49,318 bases of DNA from Candidatus Kaiserbacteria bacterium (GTDB taxonomy: Bacteria > Patescibacteriota > Minisyncoccia > Phycocordibacterales > UBA2100): contig JACPLC010000003.1 in the NCBI GenBank assembly GCA_016186695.1, positions 1-49,318 on the forward strand, read 5' to 3'. How positions within the stretch are numbered: position 1 is the first letter of the stretch; the number at the start of each line of letters is the position of its first letter. Shown here in pieces: positions 27,861-38,052 of the stretch. The notes under the pieces are model-generated. The model worked only from the letters and a program-made list of their open reading frames with translations, did not search any database and had not been told where the DNA came from. The translations under genes and the position numbers were made by a program.

Positions 27861-28310
27861 CTAGCGGCGTGCAGGTGGCCTCGCGGGGGGTCTCGCGGGG
27901 GGTCTTCCGGAAGGTCTCGGAGGGGGCTTTGGCCGCGTCGCGAAAACCCGCACAACGAAGAAAACAACGGCAATAATGATAATAAAGGCGATGATCGGGA
28001 GCGCGATCGCACCGTGATGCTGGATCGCATTGACGATCGAGAGTATTACGAGAAGGACGAAAAGCATGACGACTGCCCACTCGAGCACGCGTATCGCATT
28101 GTCGCGGTACGAGGGCCACGTGTTGAAGCGTGCCACGTATACGGCAAAGGCCGTTACGAAGAGGAGAACAATGCCAGTGAGGATAAGACCAACGGCAATA
28201 TGAAAGAGGCCAACAACCTGCGGGAACGTCAGCGCCGAGACACACTCCGGAAGAAGCAGCGCCGCGAGTGTACTGACGGGAAGGAGATTTTTGTTTTGCA
28301 TAGCGTTCAT
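27861..28310 (-). CDS. Pilin-cluster membrane protein (3 TM, Pro/Arg-rich tail)
   Basis: Signal LLLPECVSA; C-terminal PPRPSGRPPARPPARPPARR; ATGA coupling to the upstream gene. Confidence 0.7.
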   Translation of the reverse strand: MNAMQNKNLLPVSTLAALLLPECVSALTFPQVVGLFHIAVGLILTGIVLLFVTAFAVYVARFNTWPSYRDNAIRVLEWAVVMLFVLLVILSIVNAIQHHGAIALPIIAFIIIIAVVFFVVRVFATRPKPPPRPSGRPPARPPARPPARR

Positions 28311-28699
28311 ATATTGAGTTCTCCGACAGAGCAATCGCCAAAGCTGTCGCACAGCGTCACGGCCGGCTCCCCCGAGTTTGGAGAAAACGGCGTGCCACCG
28401 AAGAGTGTGTTCTGAAGAAGCTGGATGATCCCCCATATTGAAACCATCACAAAAAGGATGACGAGCCCCCAGAAAAAAAATGATTTCTGCTTTTCGGCTC
28501 CTTTCTCATCGCCGAAGTGCGGAATGTTCGTCGCGATGCCCCAGAAATAGACGACGAGCCCGAAAATAATAAGCGTGAAAGTTGCTGTGTCGAGGATCTC
28601 GACGACATCGAACGCGAGCTCCTGAAACGTATTCGCCGCCGCGAGTGTGACTGAAGGAAGCAAGAGTATTCCCGCCATACTCCATACCCTATACTCCAT
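28307..28699 (-). CDS. VirB2/TrbC-like pilin-type membrane protein
   Basis: LLLPSVTLAA; YFWGIA...FFWGLVILFVMVSIWGIIQLL; start uncertain (28699 or 28678). Confidence 0.8.
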   Translation of the reverse strand: MEYRVWSMAGILLLPSVTLAAANTFQELAFDVVEILDTATFTLIIFGLVVYFWGIATNIPHFGDEKGAEKQKSFFFWGLVILFVMVSIWGIIQLLQNTLFGGTPFSPNSGEPAVTLCDSFGDCSVGELNI

Positions 28700-28701
28700 A
28701 C
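28674..28701. repeat. Heptamer tandem repeat
   Basis: gccatac tccatac cctatac tccatac. Confidence 0.65.
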
Positions 28702-28704
28702 TTA

Positions 28705-29079
28705 CTATCTGCCGGTAAGCTGCGAGACCGTGCCCGCGATCAGCGTCGCAAGGATCCATGCGCCGAGGATGAGGAGCGCGCCGATAACGACGTAGAAAAA
28801 ATTGAGCTTCGCCTTCTGAAGCTTGTCCTGATTCCCCTGCGCGGTGATGAAGTAAAAACCGGAGATGACGAGAAAGAGCGTAATGATAGGAAGCGCGATC
28901 ATTGCGAGCGCTTTCAAGGCACCCGCGATGAACTCAGGAATGCTGCAAAAATTGAGAGGGTTTTGGAGAAGGGAGCCTGAAGTGGTATGGCACGCGGCCT
29001 CGGCGATGAGCGTAGTAGAAGCGAAAAGGAGCACCGCGACCGAGTGAGCGAAAATCAAGTATGTGATGCGTCGTATCAT
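28705..29079 (-). CDS. VirB2/TrbC-like pilin
   Basis: LQNPL, SGFYFITAQGNQDKLQKAK, VVIGALLILGAW. Confidence 0.85.
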   Translation of the reverse strand: MIRRITYLIFAHSVAVLLFASTTLIAEAACHTTSGSLLQNPLNFCSIPEFIAGALKALAMIALPIITLFLVISGFYFITAQGNQDKLQKAKLNFFYVVIGALLILGAWILATLIAGTVSQLTGR

Positions 29080-30377
29080 TGTCCGATCGCTTGCGCGAGT
29101 TCCTGATTCGCGCGGCCGATAGCTTCCGTGAGTCGCGCCGAGCCGGTGGTCACGCTCTCAATCATACCGCGAAAGACCCCCTCCGTCTTTTCCGGATCGG
29201 GATCGATCCACGAACGCGCAATGAGGGCCTGCCCCTCAAAGAGCACATTTTCACCTTCAAGTGTCTCCGAGAGCACGTCGCGCCGTGCGGAGGGAATCCC
29301 GAGCGCAACCGTGAGTGCACGTGAGACTGTTGCATCGGCAATCAAGGCCGCAATCGTCATCGCGCCTGCAGGATTCCTGCTCGTGCGCGAGACCGCAAGT
29401 GCGTACACGTGCGCCGCGTTGGTCGCCCGTGTTCCCACCCTGCTCTGCGGCACTGCAGCTCCCGCGAAGTTGAGGTTTGGATTCCCGCGCACGAGTGACG
29501 TCGCCTCCGAGCCGTAGCCGAGGTAGAGCGCAAGATCGCCTGCTGAAAATTCTGCCCGAGAGCCGGGAAGCGAACGGTTCCATGAGTAGTGTACCTTCGA
29601 AGGATCGGCAAATTCCGTGTAGAAACGCAGAGCCGACTCCGCTGCCTGCGAGGGCGAGCCCGCGACACGAAGCGAGAGCGCAGGAACGAGGCGGCCGGTG
29701 CTGTCGAGCTGCGTGATCGAGCCGCCCGCCTGCTGTATCAGGAGTGTTATGATGTCTTTTGCATGGTCGACATTCGCGTACTCGCCAAATGAAATAGCGG
29801 AGCGGACGATCGTACCGGGATCATCCTTCTTGGTTACCTTCTTTGCAAAATCTGGCACATCTTCCCAGTACACCGGCGGCTTCGCAAATCCTGTGGCAGC
29901 AAGAATATCGCGGTTCCAATAGAGAATGAGCGGATCGACGGAGAGCGGAATGCCAAGCACTCCTTCCGGCGCAAGGTAGGGATTCGCTGCTTCCACGAAC
30001 GTGTCCTTGAATTTTGATTCTGAAAGAAAGCTGTAGGGAACAGGAACGACTTTTCCCTTGTCGCGTATCGCGTAATCCTGCCGTAAAAGGAAGAGATCGG
30101 GCCCCGTGCCGCTTGCGAGCGCTTCGGTGAGATCTGTCTCAAACGTCGCCGGATCTTTTTGCACGTATGTTATCTGCGAGAGCCTGCCGTCGTTTTCCGA
30201 TGCCTGCCTCAAGACGACCGCAAACGCGTTGGGTTCCAACGTTCCCCAGATTGTTATGGGGCCGATAGAATTTCTCGCGCCAGCGCCGACGAAGAGCGCG
30301 AAAATGAGCATGCCCGAAATTGCGAGCGCTCCGAATACCGAAAGCAGGATTATCTGAAAGACAGAGAGACTTTTCAT
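29076..30377 (-). CDS. Extracellular solute-binding protein (sugar-binding family 1-like), TM-anchored
   Basis: ITIWG, ALASGTGPD, GIPLSVDPLILYWNRD, FSAGDLA. Confidence 0.85.
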   Translation of the reverse strand: MKSLSVFQIILLSVFGALAISGMLIFALFVGAGARNSIGPITIWGTLEPNAFAVVLRQASENDGRLSQITYVQKDPATFETDLTEALASGTGPDLFLLRQDYAIRDKGKVVPVPYSFLSESKFKDTFVEAANPYLAPEGVLGIPLSVDPLILYWNRDILAATGFAKPPVYWEDVPDFAKKVTKKDDPGTIVRSAISFGEYANVDHAKDIITLLIQQAGGSITQLDSTGRLVPALSLRVAGSPSQAAESALRFYTEFADPSKVHYSWNRSLPGSRAEFSAGDLALYLGYGSEATSLVRGNPNLNFAGAAVPQSRVGTRATNAAHVYALAVSRTSRNPAGAMTIAALIADATVSRALTVALGIPSARRDVLSETLEGENVLFEGQALIARSWIDPDPEKTEGVFRGMIESVTTGSARLTEAIGRANQELAQAIGQ

Positions 30378-30958
30378 ACGCGTGGGGGAATCGGAACGGG
30401 CCGGAGAATTAAACCATAGTGATGCGCACCTGCGACAAATTCCCTTTCGAGCGCGAGGCCAGCCTTTTGGCAAAGTTCGAGCGTGGCTTCTCTTCCGACA
30501 ACGTCTTCTTGTATCGGTCCCATCCCGCCGAATGATTCGGACCAGTCGATGATAGCCACGCGGCCGACAGGCTTTACGATTCGCCGCGCTTCACGAAGTA
30601 TGGGGGTCTTGTCCGGCACTTGAAAGAGAAGGTTCGAGATAAGCACAAGATCTATCGAGCTGTCGGCAAGCTTCGAGGCGCGCGGGACCTCGAGATCCGC
30701 CCAGATTACCTCGACGTTTTTGTAGCCGTGGCGAGCTGCTTCGTTGTGGATCCGACGCAAGAGCTCGCGCTGCACATCGATCGCATACACGGCTCCGCTA
30801 CCTTCGAGTCGCTCTGCGATCAGAAGTACGTACGCGCCACTGCCTGCGCCAAAATCTGCAACACGCATGCCGCTTTGTAATCCAAGCGCGGCAACATTGC
30901 TTCGCGGGTGCGCAAAGCCTTCCGTTTTCAACGGTACATGACGTGCGACCTGTTGCAT
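30374..30958 (-). CDS. Class I SAM-dependent methyltransferase
   Basis: VADFGAGSG, VYAIDVQ, RIVKPVGRVAIIDW; start placed at MQQV. Confidence 0.9.
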   Translation of the reverse strand: MQQVARHVPLKTEGFAHPRSNVAALGLQSGMRVADFGAGSGAYVLLIAERLEGSGAVYAIDVQRELLRRIHNEAARHGYKNVEVIWADLEVPRASKLADSSIDLVLISNLLFQVPDKTPILREARRIVKPVGRVAIIDWSESFGGMGPIQEDVVGREATLELCQKAGLALEREFVAGAHHYGLILRPVPIPPRV

Positions 30959-31006
30959 CGAACACATTATAGCCGAGCTATCGAGCATTAATCGTTTCTT
31001 TATACA

Positions 31007-31037
31007 CATATTATGGATGTCGGACATCCATAATATG
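31007..31037. repeat. REP-like palindrome, left of the transposase
   Basis: CATATTATGGATGTC-g-GACATCCATAATATG (15-bp arms). Confidence 0.9.
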
Positions 31038-31050
31038 CTACGCTCGCTCT

Positions 31051-31719
31051 ATGGAGTTGTATCATGTGTTGAACAGAGGAACCGAGAAACGCGACATATT
31101 CATGGACGATCGCGATCGAGCGCGCTTCGTGCATGACCTGTTCGAATTCAACGACACAAAACCCGCGAGCAACGTCGCATATTCATTCAAAAGAAATATG
31201 GATGTCGGACATCCATATATTGAGCGGGAGCGAATCGTCGATCTTCATGCATGGTGTCTAATGCGCAATCACTATCACCTTCTAATCTCCGAACGAATGG
31301 ATGGTGGTACCACCACGTTTATGCGAAAGCTCAACACTGGATATACCAACTATTTCAACGAGCGGTACAAACGCAGCGGCGTGCTTTTTCAGGGAAAAAC
31401 AAAGAAAGTTCTCATCCATTCACGAGCACATTTTTTGCATGTCATCCACTACATTCACCTAAATCCCCTGGACTACGTTTCAAGCGCACGGGAGTGGCGA
31501 AACGGCCGAGTCGCTGACGCCGCGACTGCAAAGAAACGTCTTGAACAGTATCGCTGGAGCAGCTTCTTGGATTATTCCGGAAAAAAGAATTTCCCCTCTG
31601 TCCTATACCCCGACTTCTTTCGGGACGCCATCGGCGACGTGGGAAAGAAGACTCTGGAGTATCTCGGCAAGCCGCGTAACGCGCTTGACGATACGTTGCC
31701 TTCCCGATTTCTCGAGTAA
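31051..31719 (+). CDS. REP-associated tyrosine transposase (RAYT; IS200-like HUH/Y1)
   Basis: YHVLNRG, CLMRNHYHLL (HUH), YTNYFN, GVLFQG, YIHLNP, YRWSS. Confidence 0.93.
   Translation: MELYHVLNRGTEKRDIFMDDRDRARFVHDLFEFNDTKPASNVAYSFKRNMDVGHPYIERERIVDLHAWCLMRNHYHLLISERMDGGTTTFMRKLNTGYTNYFNERYKRSGVLFQGKTKKVLIHSRAHFLHVIHYIHLNPLDYVSSAREWRNGRVADAATAKKRLEQYRWSSFLDYSGKKNFPSVLYPDFFRDAIGDVGKKTLEYLGKPRNALDDTLPSRFLE
31196..31218. repeat. REP-like palindrome inside the transposase ORF
   Basis: ATATGGATGTC-g-GACATCCATAT, read in frame as NMDVGHPY. Confidence 0.9.
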
Positions 31720-31730
31720 AATTATGTATG

Positions 31731-31753
31731 TTATGGATGTCGGACATCCATAA
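31731..31753. repeat. REP-like palindrome, right of the transposase
   Basis: TTATGGATGTC-g-GACATCCATAA. Confidence 0.9.
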
Positions 31754-31811
31754 TATATACTGTGGAATATATAGAAACTCTGCGAAGACTATTCTGATGG
31801 GAAATCGGTGT

Positions 31812-32654
31812 TCACCTTGGACGACCTCTTTTAATTTTGTCCTGTATAACTTTGAGTGTTCTATCATTAAACGTTTTATACCTTCCTCCCCCTCCTGTAA
31901 GATAATATGAAAGTGCCCCGGGCTTTCTGTGGTTACTTTTAGCAATATCGCTCGCGGTCATTGAACCCGAGAGCGCTTGTGCAAGAATACGGAGCACTTC
32001 TTCCAAAAGGACAGGGTGTCCATGGGCTCGTGCGCGCGAATCTGCCGTACCGGGCGCTCTCCACAAGAATGCTGACGGAATACAACCTTCAGTGAATATT
32101 TCTTCAGGCGTAAGTCCGCTTAATTGCTCAATCTCAGCAAGAGATTTCTGAATTCCCGGAAATCGATCAAGGTGACGAAAAGGAAACGTTTCGCGCTGGT
32201 GATTTGCAAGTCTGAGAGCATCTTTAAATGCGGGAGAGCCCATTCCTCTAAGTTTGCCGGCTCCTTCATTTTCACCAAAAAATTGCTGCCTTTCCTCCGC
32301 TCGAACACCCAATAGATGCAGATTCGCGTTGCGTACCAGAGTCTCTCTTCCCCGCGCTTGCAGGGGAATGTCGGTAAATAATCCCGCAGGATTTTTCTCC
32401 GAATTGTAGAGTCTGGAATTCAGCGAAAATCGGCCGAGGAACAGTTCGGGAACCGCGGGATCCTTCGCCTCGCATAAGTAGCAAACCGCTTTTGGGACCA
32501 TCAAACTCTGTCCCCGCGCGACAAGTTCGTGCACAGGTTTGTCGAGGCCAAGTATTTCCTCTTCAGTAAGAGCTGCAATTTGTTCCGGACCAACCGTGAG
32601 GACTTTCCCTCGTAATGCCTGATCAATTGTTTTTGGTTTCTCAGGTGAAGACAT
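31812..32654 (-). CDS. Hypothetical protein (AT-richer)
   Basis: 280-aa ORF directly downstream of gyrA; no family recognised. Confidence 0.7.
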   Translation of the reverse strand: MSSPEKPKTIDQALRGKVLTVGPEQIAALTEEEILGLDKPVHELVARGQSLMVPKAVCYLCEAKDPAVPELFLGRFSLNSRLYNSEKNPAGLFTDIPLQARGRETLVRNANLHLLGVRAEERQQFFGENEGAGKLRGMGSPAFKDALRLANHQRETFPFRHLDRFPGIQKSLAEIEQLSGLTPEEIFTEGCIPSAFLWRAPGTADSRARAHGHPVLLEEVLRILAQALSGSMTASDIAKSNHRKPGALSYYLTGGGGRYKTFNDRTLKVIQDKIKRGRPR

Positions 32655-32665
32655 GGCAGGTTGAC

Positions 32666-35152
32666 TTACACGGTACTTTCTTCAGCTTCGAAGACGACAA
32701 ACGAGGCGACGGAGTCGCCTTCGCGCATTTTCATGACGCGGACGCCCTGCGTCGCGCGGGAGAGTGTTGGAATTTCGTCGAGGCCGGTGCGGATAGTCTG
32801 CGACTTTTTGGACATCGCGACCAATTCTCCGCCACCGAGAACGACGACTGCACCCACGAGCTGCTTGGTCTTTGCAGTGATCGACATCGTCTTGATGCCG
32901 GAGCCGCCCCTACCTTGCACCTTGTATTCATCGAGTTTCGTCTTCTTGCCGTAGCCGGTGGAAGAGAGTACAAGCAATTCACCTTTCGCCCCCTTCGGCA
33001 CGACACCGGTGCCGACGATCTCATCGCCCTTCCCAAGCTTCATGCCGCGCACGCCGGCGGCTTGCCGTCCCATCTCGCGCACACTCTTTTCATCAAATCT
33101 GATGGATTGTCCCTTGGCGGTCACCAAGACGACCGAATCGCCTTTGTGCACAAACGCTGCCGAAATCAGCGCATCGCCTTTGTCGAGACCGATCGCGATA
33201 AGGCCGCTCCTCCTGACTTCGTGAAATTTGTTGGCCGCTACTTTCTTCACGGTCCCGCGCTTCGTCGCCATCAGAAGCGAGAGGCCTTCGACTGCTTTCT
33301 TTTCCTTCGGCATCGCCAAAATCGAGGTCACATTCTCGTCCTGCTCGAGTGAGAGAAAGTTCATGATTGATTTTCCTTTGGTCGCCCGTTTCCCTTCCGG
33401 TAGCTCGTACATCTTGAGCTGGTAGACCTTGCCGCGATCAGAGAAAAAGAGAAGGTCCGAGTGTGCAGAGGCGGTAAGGAACTGCGTCACGAAATCCTCT
33501 TCTTTCGTGTCGAGATCGACGACACCCACACCGCCGCGCTTCTGGCGCCGGTACTCGGCCGGATTGGTACGCTTGATATAGCCGCCCTGCGTGAGGACGA
33601 CGACATAATCTTCATCTGCGACGAGGTCTTCCGCGGAGAGAAGTTTGGCCGGACGCTTCACGATTTTTGTGCGACGATCATCTCCGTACTTCTCTATCAC
33701 CTCGCGGATCTCCTTCTTGATGAGCTCGAGAAGCTTCTTCTCGCTCTTTAAGAGCGCCGAGAGCTCCTCGATCAAGGCCTGCACCTCTTTCAATTCGTCC
33801 TCGATCTTTTTGCGCTCAAGGCCCGCAAGCTTTTGCAGGCGCATGTCGAGAATCGCGTTTGCCTGCCGCTCGGAGAATTTGAATGTCTTCATCAAGCTTG
33901 CACGGGCGTCGTCCACGTCTTTGCTCTTCTTGATGAGCTTGATGATTTCGTCTATATGATCGAGTGCTTTCTTAAGACCAAGGAGAATGTGTTCACGTTC
34001 CTGTGCGCGCGCAAGATCAAACTTCGTCCGTTTGGTAACGACTTCGCGGCGAAATGCGATGAAGTATTCGAGGAGCGCTTTGAGCGCGAGCGTCTGAGGT
34101 ACGCCGTCGACGAGTGCAACGATATTGTAGTGGAAGGTTTCCTCGAGCTGGGTATGTTTGTAGAGATAGTTCAAGACCGTTTGTGCGTTGGCATTGTTTT
34201 TGAGTTCAACCACAACACGGATATCTTTCGTCGACTCGTCGCGGATGTCGCGGATGCCTTCCAGTTTTTTCTCGTGCACAAGGTCTGCGATCTTTGTGAG
34301 AAGGTCGGCCTTGTTCACGCGGAACGGGATCGAGGTGATGACGACTTGATAGTCGCCCTTTTTACCTTCGACAATCTCCGCATCGCCACGCACGACGACG
34401 GGCCCGCGGCCTGTTGCGTAGGCATGCGCAATGTCTTTCTGATTGAAGGCAATGCAGCCGGTCGGAAAATCCGGCCCCTGCACGAAGGAGAGAAGCTCCT
34501 CGGTCGTCGCTTCGGGATTTTCAATGAGATGTACGGCGGCCTCGCACACTTCGCGCAGGTTGTGCGGCGGAATGTTGGAAGCCATGCCGACCGCGATCCC
34601 CAGCGTGCCATTCAATAGGAGGTTCGGTATCGCCGCGGGCATCACCGATGGTTCCTGTTTAGTGTTGTCGTAGTTGGGGCGAAACGCCACCGTTTCTTTT
34701 TCGATGTCGTGCAGGAGCTCTGCGGCGAGGCGTGACATCTTCGCCTCTGTGTAGCGGTATGCCGCGGGCGCGTCGCCGTCGATGGAGCCAAAGTTGCCCT
34801 GCCCGACGATAAGCGGGTAGCGCATCGTGAAATCCTGCGCCATTTTCACCATCGCGTCATAGACGGCTGCGTCGCCGTGCGGGTGGTACTTGCCGATAAC
34901 GTCGCCCACGACCGTTGCCGATTTGCGCGTCTTTGCAGAAACGGTGAGCCCTGCCTCCTGCATCGCGTACAAAATACGCCGGTGCACTGGCTTCAAGCCG
35001 TCGCGCACGTCGGGGAGCGCACGCGCCGTGATGACGGACATCGCGTAATCGAGATAGCTCTCCCGCATCTCTATGGAGATGTTTCGCGGGACTATGCCGC
35101 GCGCGCGGAGGGGCGCGGAAGCATCAGCTGGTTTGTCCTTTTCGCGCGCCAT
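32666..35152 (-). CDS. gyrA: DNA gyrase subunit A
   Basis: [29 protein letters not shown], GyrA box QKRGGVG, C-terminal repeats. Confidence 0.98.
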   Translation of the reverse strand: MAREKDKPADASAPLRARGIVPRNISIEMRESYLDYAMSVITARALPDVRDGLKPVHRRILYAMQEAGLTVSAKTRKSATVVGDVIGKYHPHGDAAVYDAMVKMAQDFTMRYPLIVGQGNFGSIDGDAPAAYRYTEAKMSRLAAELLHDIEKETVAFRPNYDNTKQEPSVMPAAIPNLLLNGTLGIAVGMASNIPPHNLREVCEAAVHLIENPEATTEELLSFVQGPDFPTGCIAFNQKDIAHAYATGRGPVVVRGDAEIVEGKKGDYQVVITSIPFRVNKADLLTKIADLVHEKKLEGIRDIRDESTKDIRVVVELKNNANAQTVLNYLYKHTQLEETFHYNIVALVDGVPQTLALKALLEYFIAFRREVVTKRTKFDLARAQEREHILLGLKKALDHIDEIIKLIKKSKDVDDARASLMKTFKFSERQANAILDMRLQKLAGLERKKIEDELKEVQALIEELSALLKSEKKLLELIKKEIREVIEKYGDDRRTKIVKRPAKLLSAEDLVADEDYVVVLTQGGYIKRTNPAEYRRQKRGGVGVVDLDTKEEDFVTQFLTASAHSDLLFFSDRGKVYQLKMYELPEGKRATKGKSIMNFLSLEQDENVTSILAMPKEKKAVEGLSLLMATKRGTVKKVAANKFHEVRRSGLIAIGLDKGDALISAAFVHKGDSVVLVTAKGQSIRFDEKSVREMGRQAAGVRGMKLGKGDEIVGTGVVPKGAKGELLVLSSTGYGKKTKLDEYKVQGRGGSGIKTMSITAKTKQLVGAVVVLGGGELVAMSKKSQTIRTGLDEIPTLSRATQGVRVMKMREGDSVASFVVFEAEESTV

Positions 35153-35216
35153 GATTTACGCTTAGTATAGCAGAAAAATGCCTACATTGCAGCTCCGATA
35201 TCGCTCAAAAACCGCT

Positions 35217-35579
35217 CTACTGCGGGCTCGTTTCGTAGCCACCAAACGAGGACGAGTCGCCTCCCGATGTGTCCTCGTATGCAGGGACAGGCTGATACTG
35301 CTGCGAGGATTGATTCCGAGCCTCCATGAGCGCATCAACATCGCTGAACGACTCCATCAATTCAGCTTGGGCATCACGCACCGTAGAAAAATTGAACTCG
35401 TCCTGTGCCCCGCCACCGAGTTGCTGCAGCTGCGCGCCACGCTGAATTTTTCTGAAAAAGAAAAACCCCCACCCGACGAGAAGTATCAATACAACCGCAA
35501 CCGCGATCCCGCCCGCCACAGCTTTTTTCTCGTCCTTCGACTTGTCCTTAAGATTGTCGACAGTTTTTTGTATCACCAT
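35217..35579 (-). CDS. Single-TM hypothetical protein
   Basis: AVAGGIAVAVVLILLVGWGFFFF. Confidence 0.7.
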   Translation of the reverse strand: MVIQKTVDNLKDKSKDEKKAVAGGIAVAVVLILLVGWGFFFFRKIQRGAQLQQLGGGAQDEFNFSTVRDAQAELMESFSDVDALMEARNQSSQQYQPVPAYEDTSGGDSSSFGGYETSPQ

Positions 35580-35581
35580 AG

Positions 35582-36199
35582 TCAGGATGAAAGTACCACG
35601 ACCTCGCTTTCTTTGCCGACGACATCGCGCGGCTTCAGCGTAAGCTTCTCGACAGGCTTCGCTTCTTCACCTGCTTCTTTCAAAAATTGTTTCAACGCTT
35701 TGTCGTCATACAAAACAGGAACAACGATCTTCGCTTCGAGTTTGACGGCAAGTTTCTGGGCTTCAGAGGGTGAGAGTGCGCCTGCGCCACTGACTGGAAT
35801 GATGAGAATGTCGGGCGCGTCCATCTCCAATATTTCCGAAGGGAGATCGAGGTCGCCGAGCGCGCCGAGGTACATGACGGAAAGTCCGTCGAAGTGGACC
35901 GAATACACAGTATTTGTGCGCGCCTCGCCTCCGTACTTCGAGCCCGAAGGGAAACCGGTCGCCGTAATGTCCTTCACCTCATATTCGCCCGGACCCGCGA
36001 CCACGAACGGCTGTTTATCTCCACGTCCAGCTTCCTCCACACCATTCATGTCGGGATGATTGAGCGAGATGAATGCGATATCGGCACCGAAATTTGTCTG
36101 CTTAAAATTCTTTGAGCCTTTCGAGATGGGCCCGAAGACGAGCGTCGTATCCCCTGCCTGTGCCCGTACGCATGCACCTTCATGGAACGTCAAAATCAT
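35582..36199 (-). CDS. Metallo-beta-lactamase-fold protein with a degenerate metal motif
   Basis: ADIAFISLNHPDMN, GPGEYEVKD, DILIIPV, KIVVP. Confidence 0.85.
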   Translation of the reverse strand: MILTFHEGACVRAQAGDTTLVFGPISKGSKNFKQTNFGADIAFISLNHPDMNGVEEAGRGDKQPFVVAGPGEYEVKDITATGFPSGSKYGGEARTNTVYSVHFDGLSVMYLGALGDLDLPSEILEMDAPDILIIPVSGAGALSPSEAQKLAVKLEAKIVVPVLYDDKALKQFLKEAGEEAKPVEKLTLKPRDVVGKESEVVVLSS

Positions 36200-36332
36200 G
36201 CGCATAGTATACATCCACGTGCGCGGGATTGACGAACACCGTGGCAGGTTCATAGTGAATGGAGTACCTGGTGGAGAGACCCATCACCCAACAGGAATGT
36301 ACCAACGATGGGAGGAAACACTGGAGGCCGCT

Positions 36333-36713
36333 ATGAAGTCGCGTCTCCTTGTCGGAATACTGACACTCTTCTTGACTCCGTCGACTACATTGGCAGAAGA
36401 GAAGGGCATACCAGTTCACGGCTACTTCTATATTTCGGGCGACGAGTGGGCAACGTTTTCGGCCACGGTCGAGACAAATTCACCCCGCGAAGCACTCTGG
36501 GGTGGAATGTTGACTATGCGTGGGTTTGCCGAGTGGACTCGAGAGGCAAAACGACTCGCAGGAACCGTCATCCTGCCTGGAGGAGAACGTCTCGTCACGT
36601 ACTCCGCCGACAGTAGGAACAACCTCGCCGGCATCAAGGATCCTGCCCCCGCCGAAACATCGGAACACAAATTGAGAAATTTTGGGGCAGTTCCGATCTT
36701 CAACTTCAAATGA
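36333..36713 (+). CDS. Hypothetical secreted protein
   Basis: GGAGG SD; signal MKSRLLVGILTLFLTPSTTLA; hairpin at 36731-36756 downstream. Confidence 0.65.
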   Translation: MKSRLLVGILTLFLTPSTTLAEEKGIPVHGYFYISGDEWATFSATVETNSPREALWGGMLTMRGFAEWTREAKRLAGTVILPGGERLVTYSADSRNNLAGIKDPAPAETSEHKLRNFGAVPIFNFK

Positions 36714-36903
36714 CGGCGGCTCAATCTTGCGAACCCCGGCACTTTTGCTGGGGTTCATCATTTGCATTTTCCCGATCTCTACTATATATTGTGCGGGCGC
36801 CTAAGGGCGTATTTTAGTAGAGTCTATTATAAAGAGCGTTCGGTAAGACTTCCCTGCAGAGAGTCACAGTAGCGTAGGCAGGATAGTCCGAGCGCACAGA
36901 AGC

Positions 36904-38031
36904 ATGAGTTCAACAGCAGTCGAAGAAAAGAAGGTCGTTACGAACGAGGAAAACGAAACCGAAGCGGCTCCCAAAAAGGAAGGGCCGATGGCGGAACTTT
37001 TGAATTCGGTCGGGAAGCCTCCGGTCGTTGACGACGTGGTCGAAGGACCGGTGGTGGCAGTCGGCCGCGCACGTGTCTTTGTCGATTTGCATCCCTTCGG
37101 CACCGGCATCATTTTCGGCCGCGAATATCTCTCGGCGCGCGAAACTCTAAAAAACGTCAACCTCGGCGATACCATCACGGCGAAGGTGGTCGGGACGGAC
37201 AATGTGGAGGGATACATCGAGCTTTCACTCCGCGAGGCACGGCAAGCGCTCATCTGGAACGAAGCAGAGGGCGCAATGCAGAAAAAGACCGTCTTCGAAC
37301 TTCCGGTTGCCGAAGCAAACAAGGGCGGGCTCATCATTCAGTGGAATGGTTTACAGGGATTTCTCCCCGCCTCGCAACTTTCTCCCACGCATTACCCGCG
37401 CGTTCCCGACGGAGATAAAGACAAAATATTTGCCGAACTGAAAAAACTTGTGGGCACCAAACTTGAAGTTGCGATTATTACCGCGAGCCCCAAGGAGAAC
37501 AAACTTATCTTCGGGGAAAAAGGGGCAGGTGGAAGCGAGCGCGCATCGCTCGTGGAGAAATACCACGTGGGCGATGTCGTCGAAGGCGTTGTCACCGGAG
37601 CAACAGAATTTGGTGTTTTCGTGAAGCTCGAGGAAGGGCTGGAGGGCCTCGTACACATTTCAGAAATGGATTGGGCGCTCGTCGAAAATCCGAAGACACG
37701 CTATCGCGTGGGCGAGGGCGTGAAGGTGAAGGTCATTGAGATCAAGGAAGACAAAATTTCACTCTCCATCAAAGCGCTTGTTGATGATCCGTGGAAAGCG
37801 GCAGCAGCAAAATATCACAAGGATCAGAAAGTGGATGCCGTCATCATTAAATACAACAAGCATGGCGCACTCGCCTCAATAGAAGAAGGTGTCGCCGGTC
37901 TCGTGCACATCTCCGAATTTGCAAACGAAGAAGACCTACGCTCAAAACTCGAGCTGGGAAAGGTATATCCATTCACCATCACCTTCTTCGAACCAAAAGA
38001 TCGCCGGATGACTCTCAAACCAGCTGGGTAA
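36904..38031 (+). CDS. rpsA: 30S ribosomal protein S1 (short form)
   Basis: ANKGGL, GFLPASQL, FGVFV...EGLVHISE, AGLVHISE. Confidence 0.92.
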   Translation: MSSTAVEEKKVVTNEENETEAAPKKEGPMAELLNSVGKPPVVDDVVEGPVVAVGRARVFVDLHPFGTGIIFGREYLSARETLKNVNLGDTITAKVVGTDNVEGYIELSLREARQALIWNEAEGAMQKKTVFELPVAEANKGGLIIQWNGLQGFLPASQLSPTHYPRVPDGDKDKIFAELKKLVGTKLEVAIITASPKENKLIFGEKGAGGSERASLVEKYHVGDVVEGVVTGATEFGVFVKLEEGLEGLVHISEMDWALVENPKTRYRVGEGVKVKVIEIKEDKISLSIKALVDDPWKAAAAKYHKDQKVDAVIIKYNKHGALASIEEGVAGLVHISEFANEEDLRSKLELGKVYPFTITFFEPKDRRMTLKPAG

Positions 38032-38052
38032 TCCTTCCACTCCCACTCCCCG

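Noticed and set aside
31007-31753. Three palindromes as a CRISPR array
   Set aside because: Spacing is irregular (about 185 and 535 bp) and spans an HUH transposase ORF; REP-like repeats fit better.
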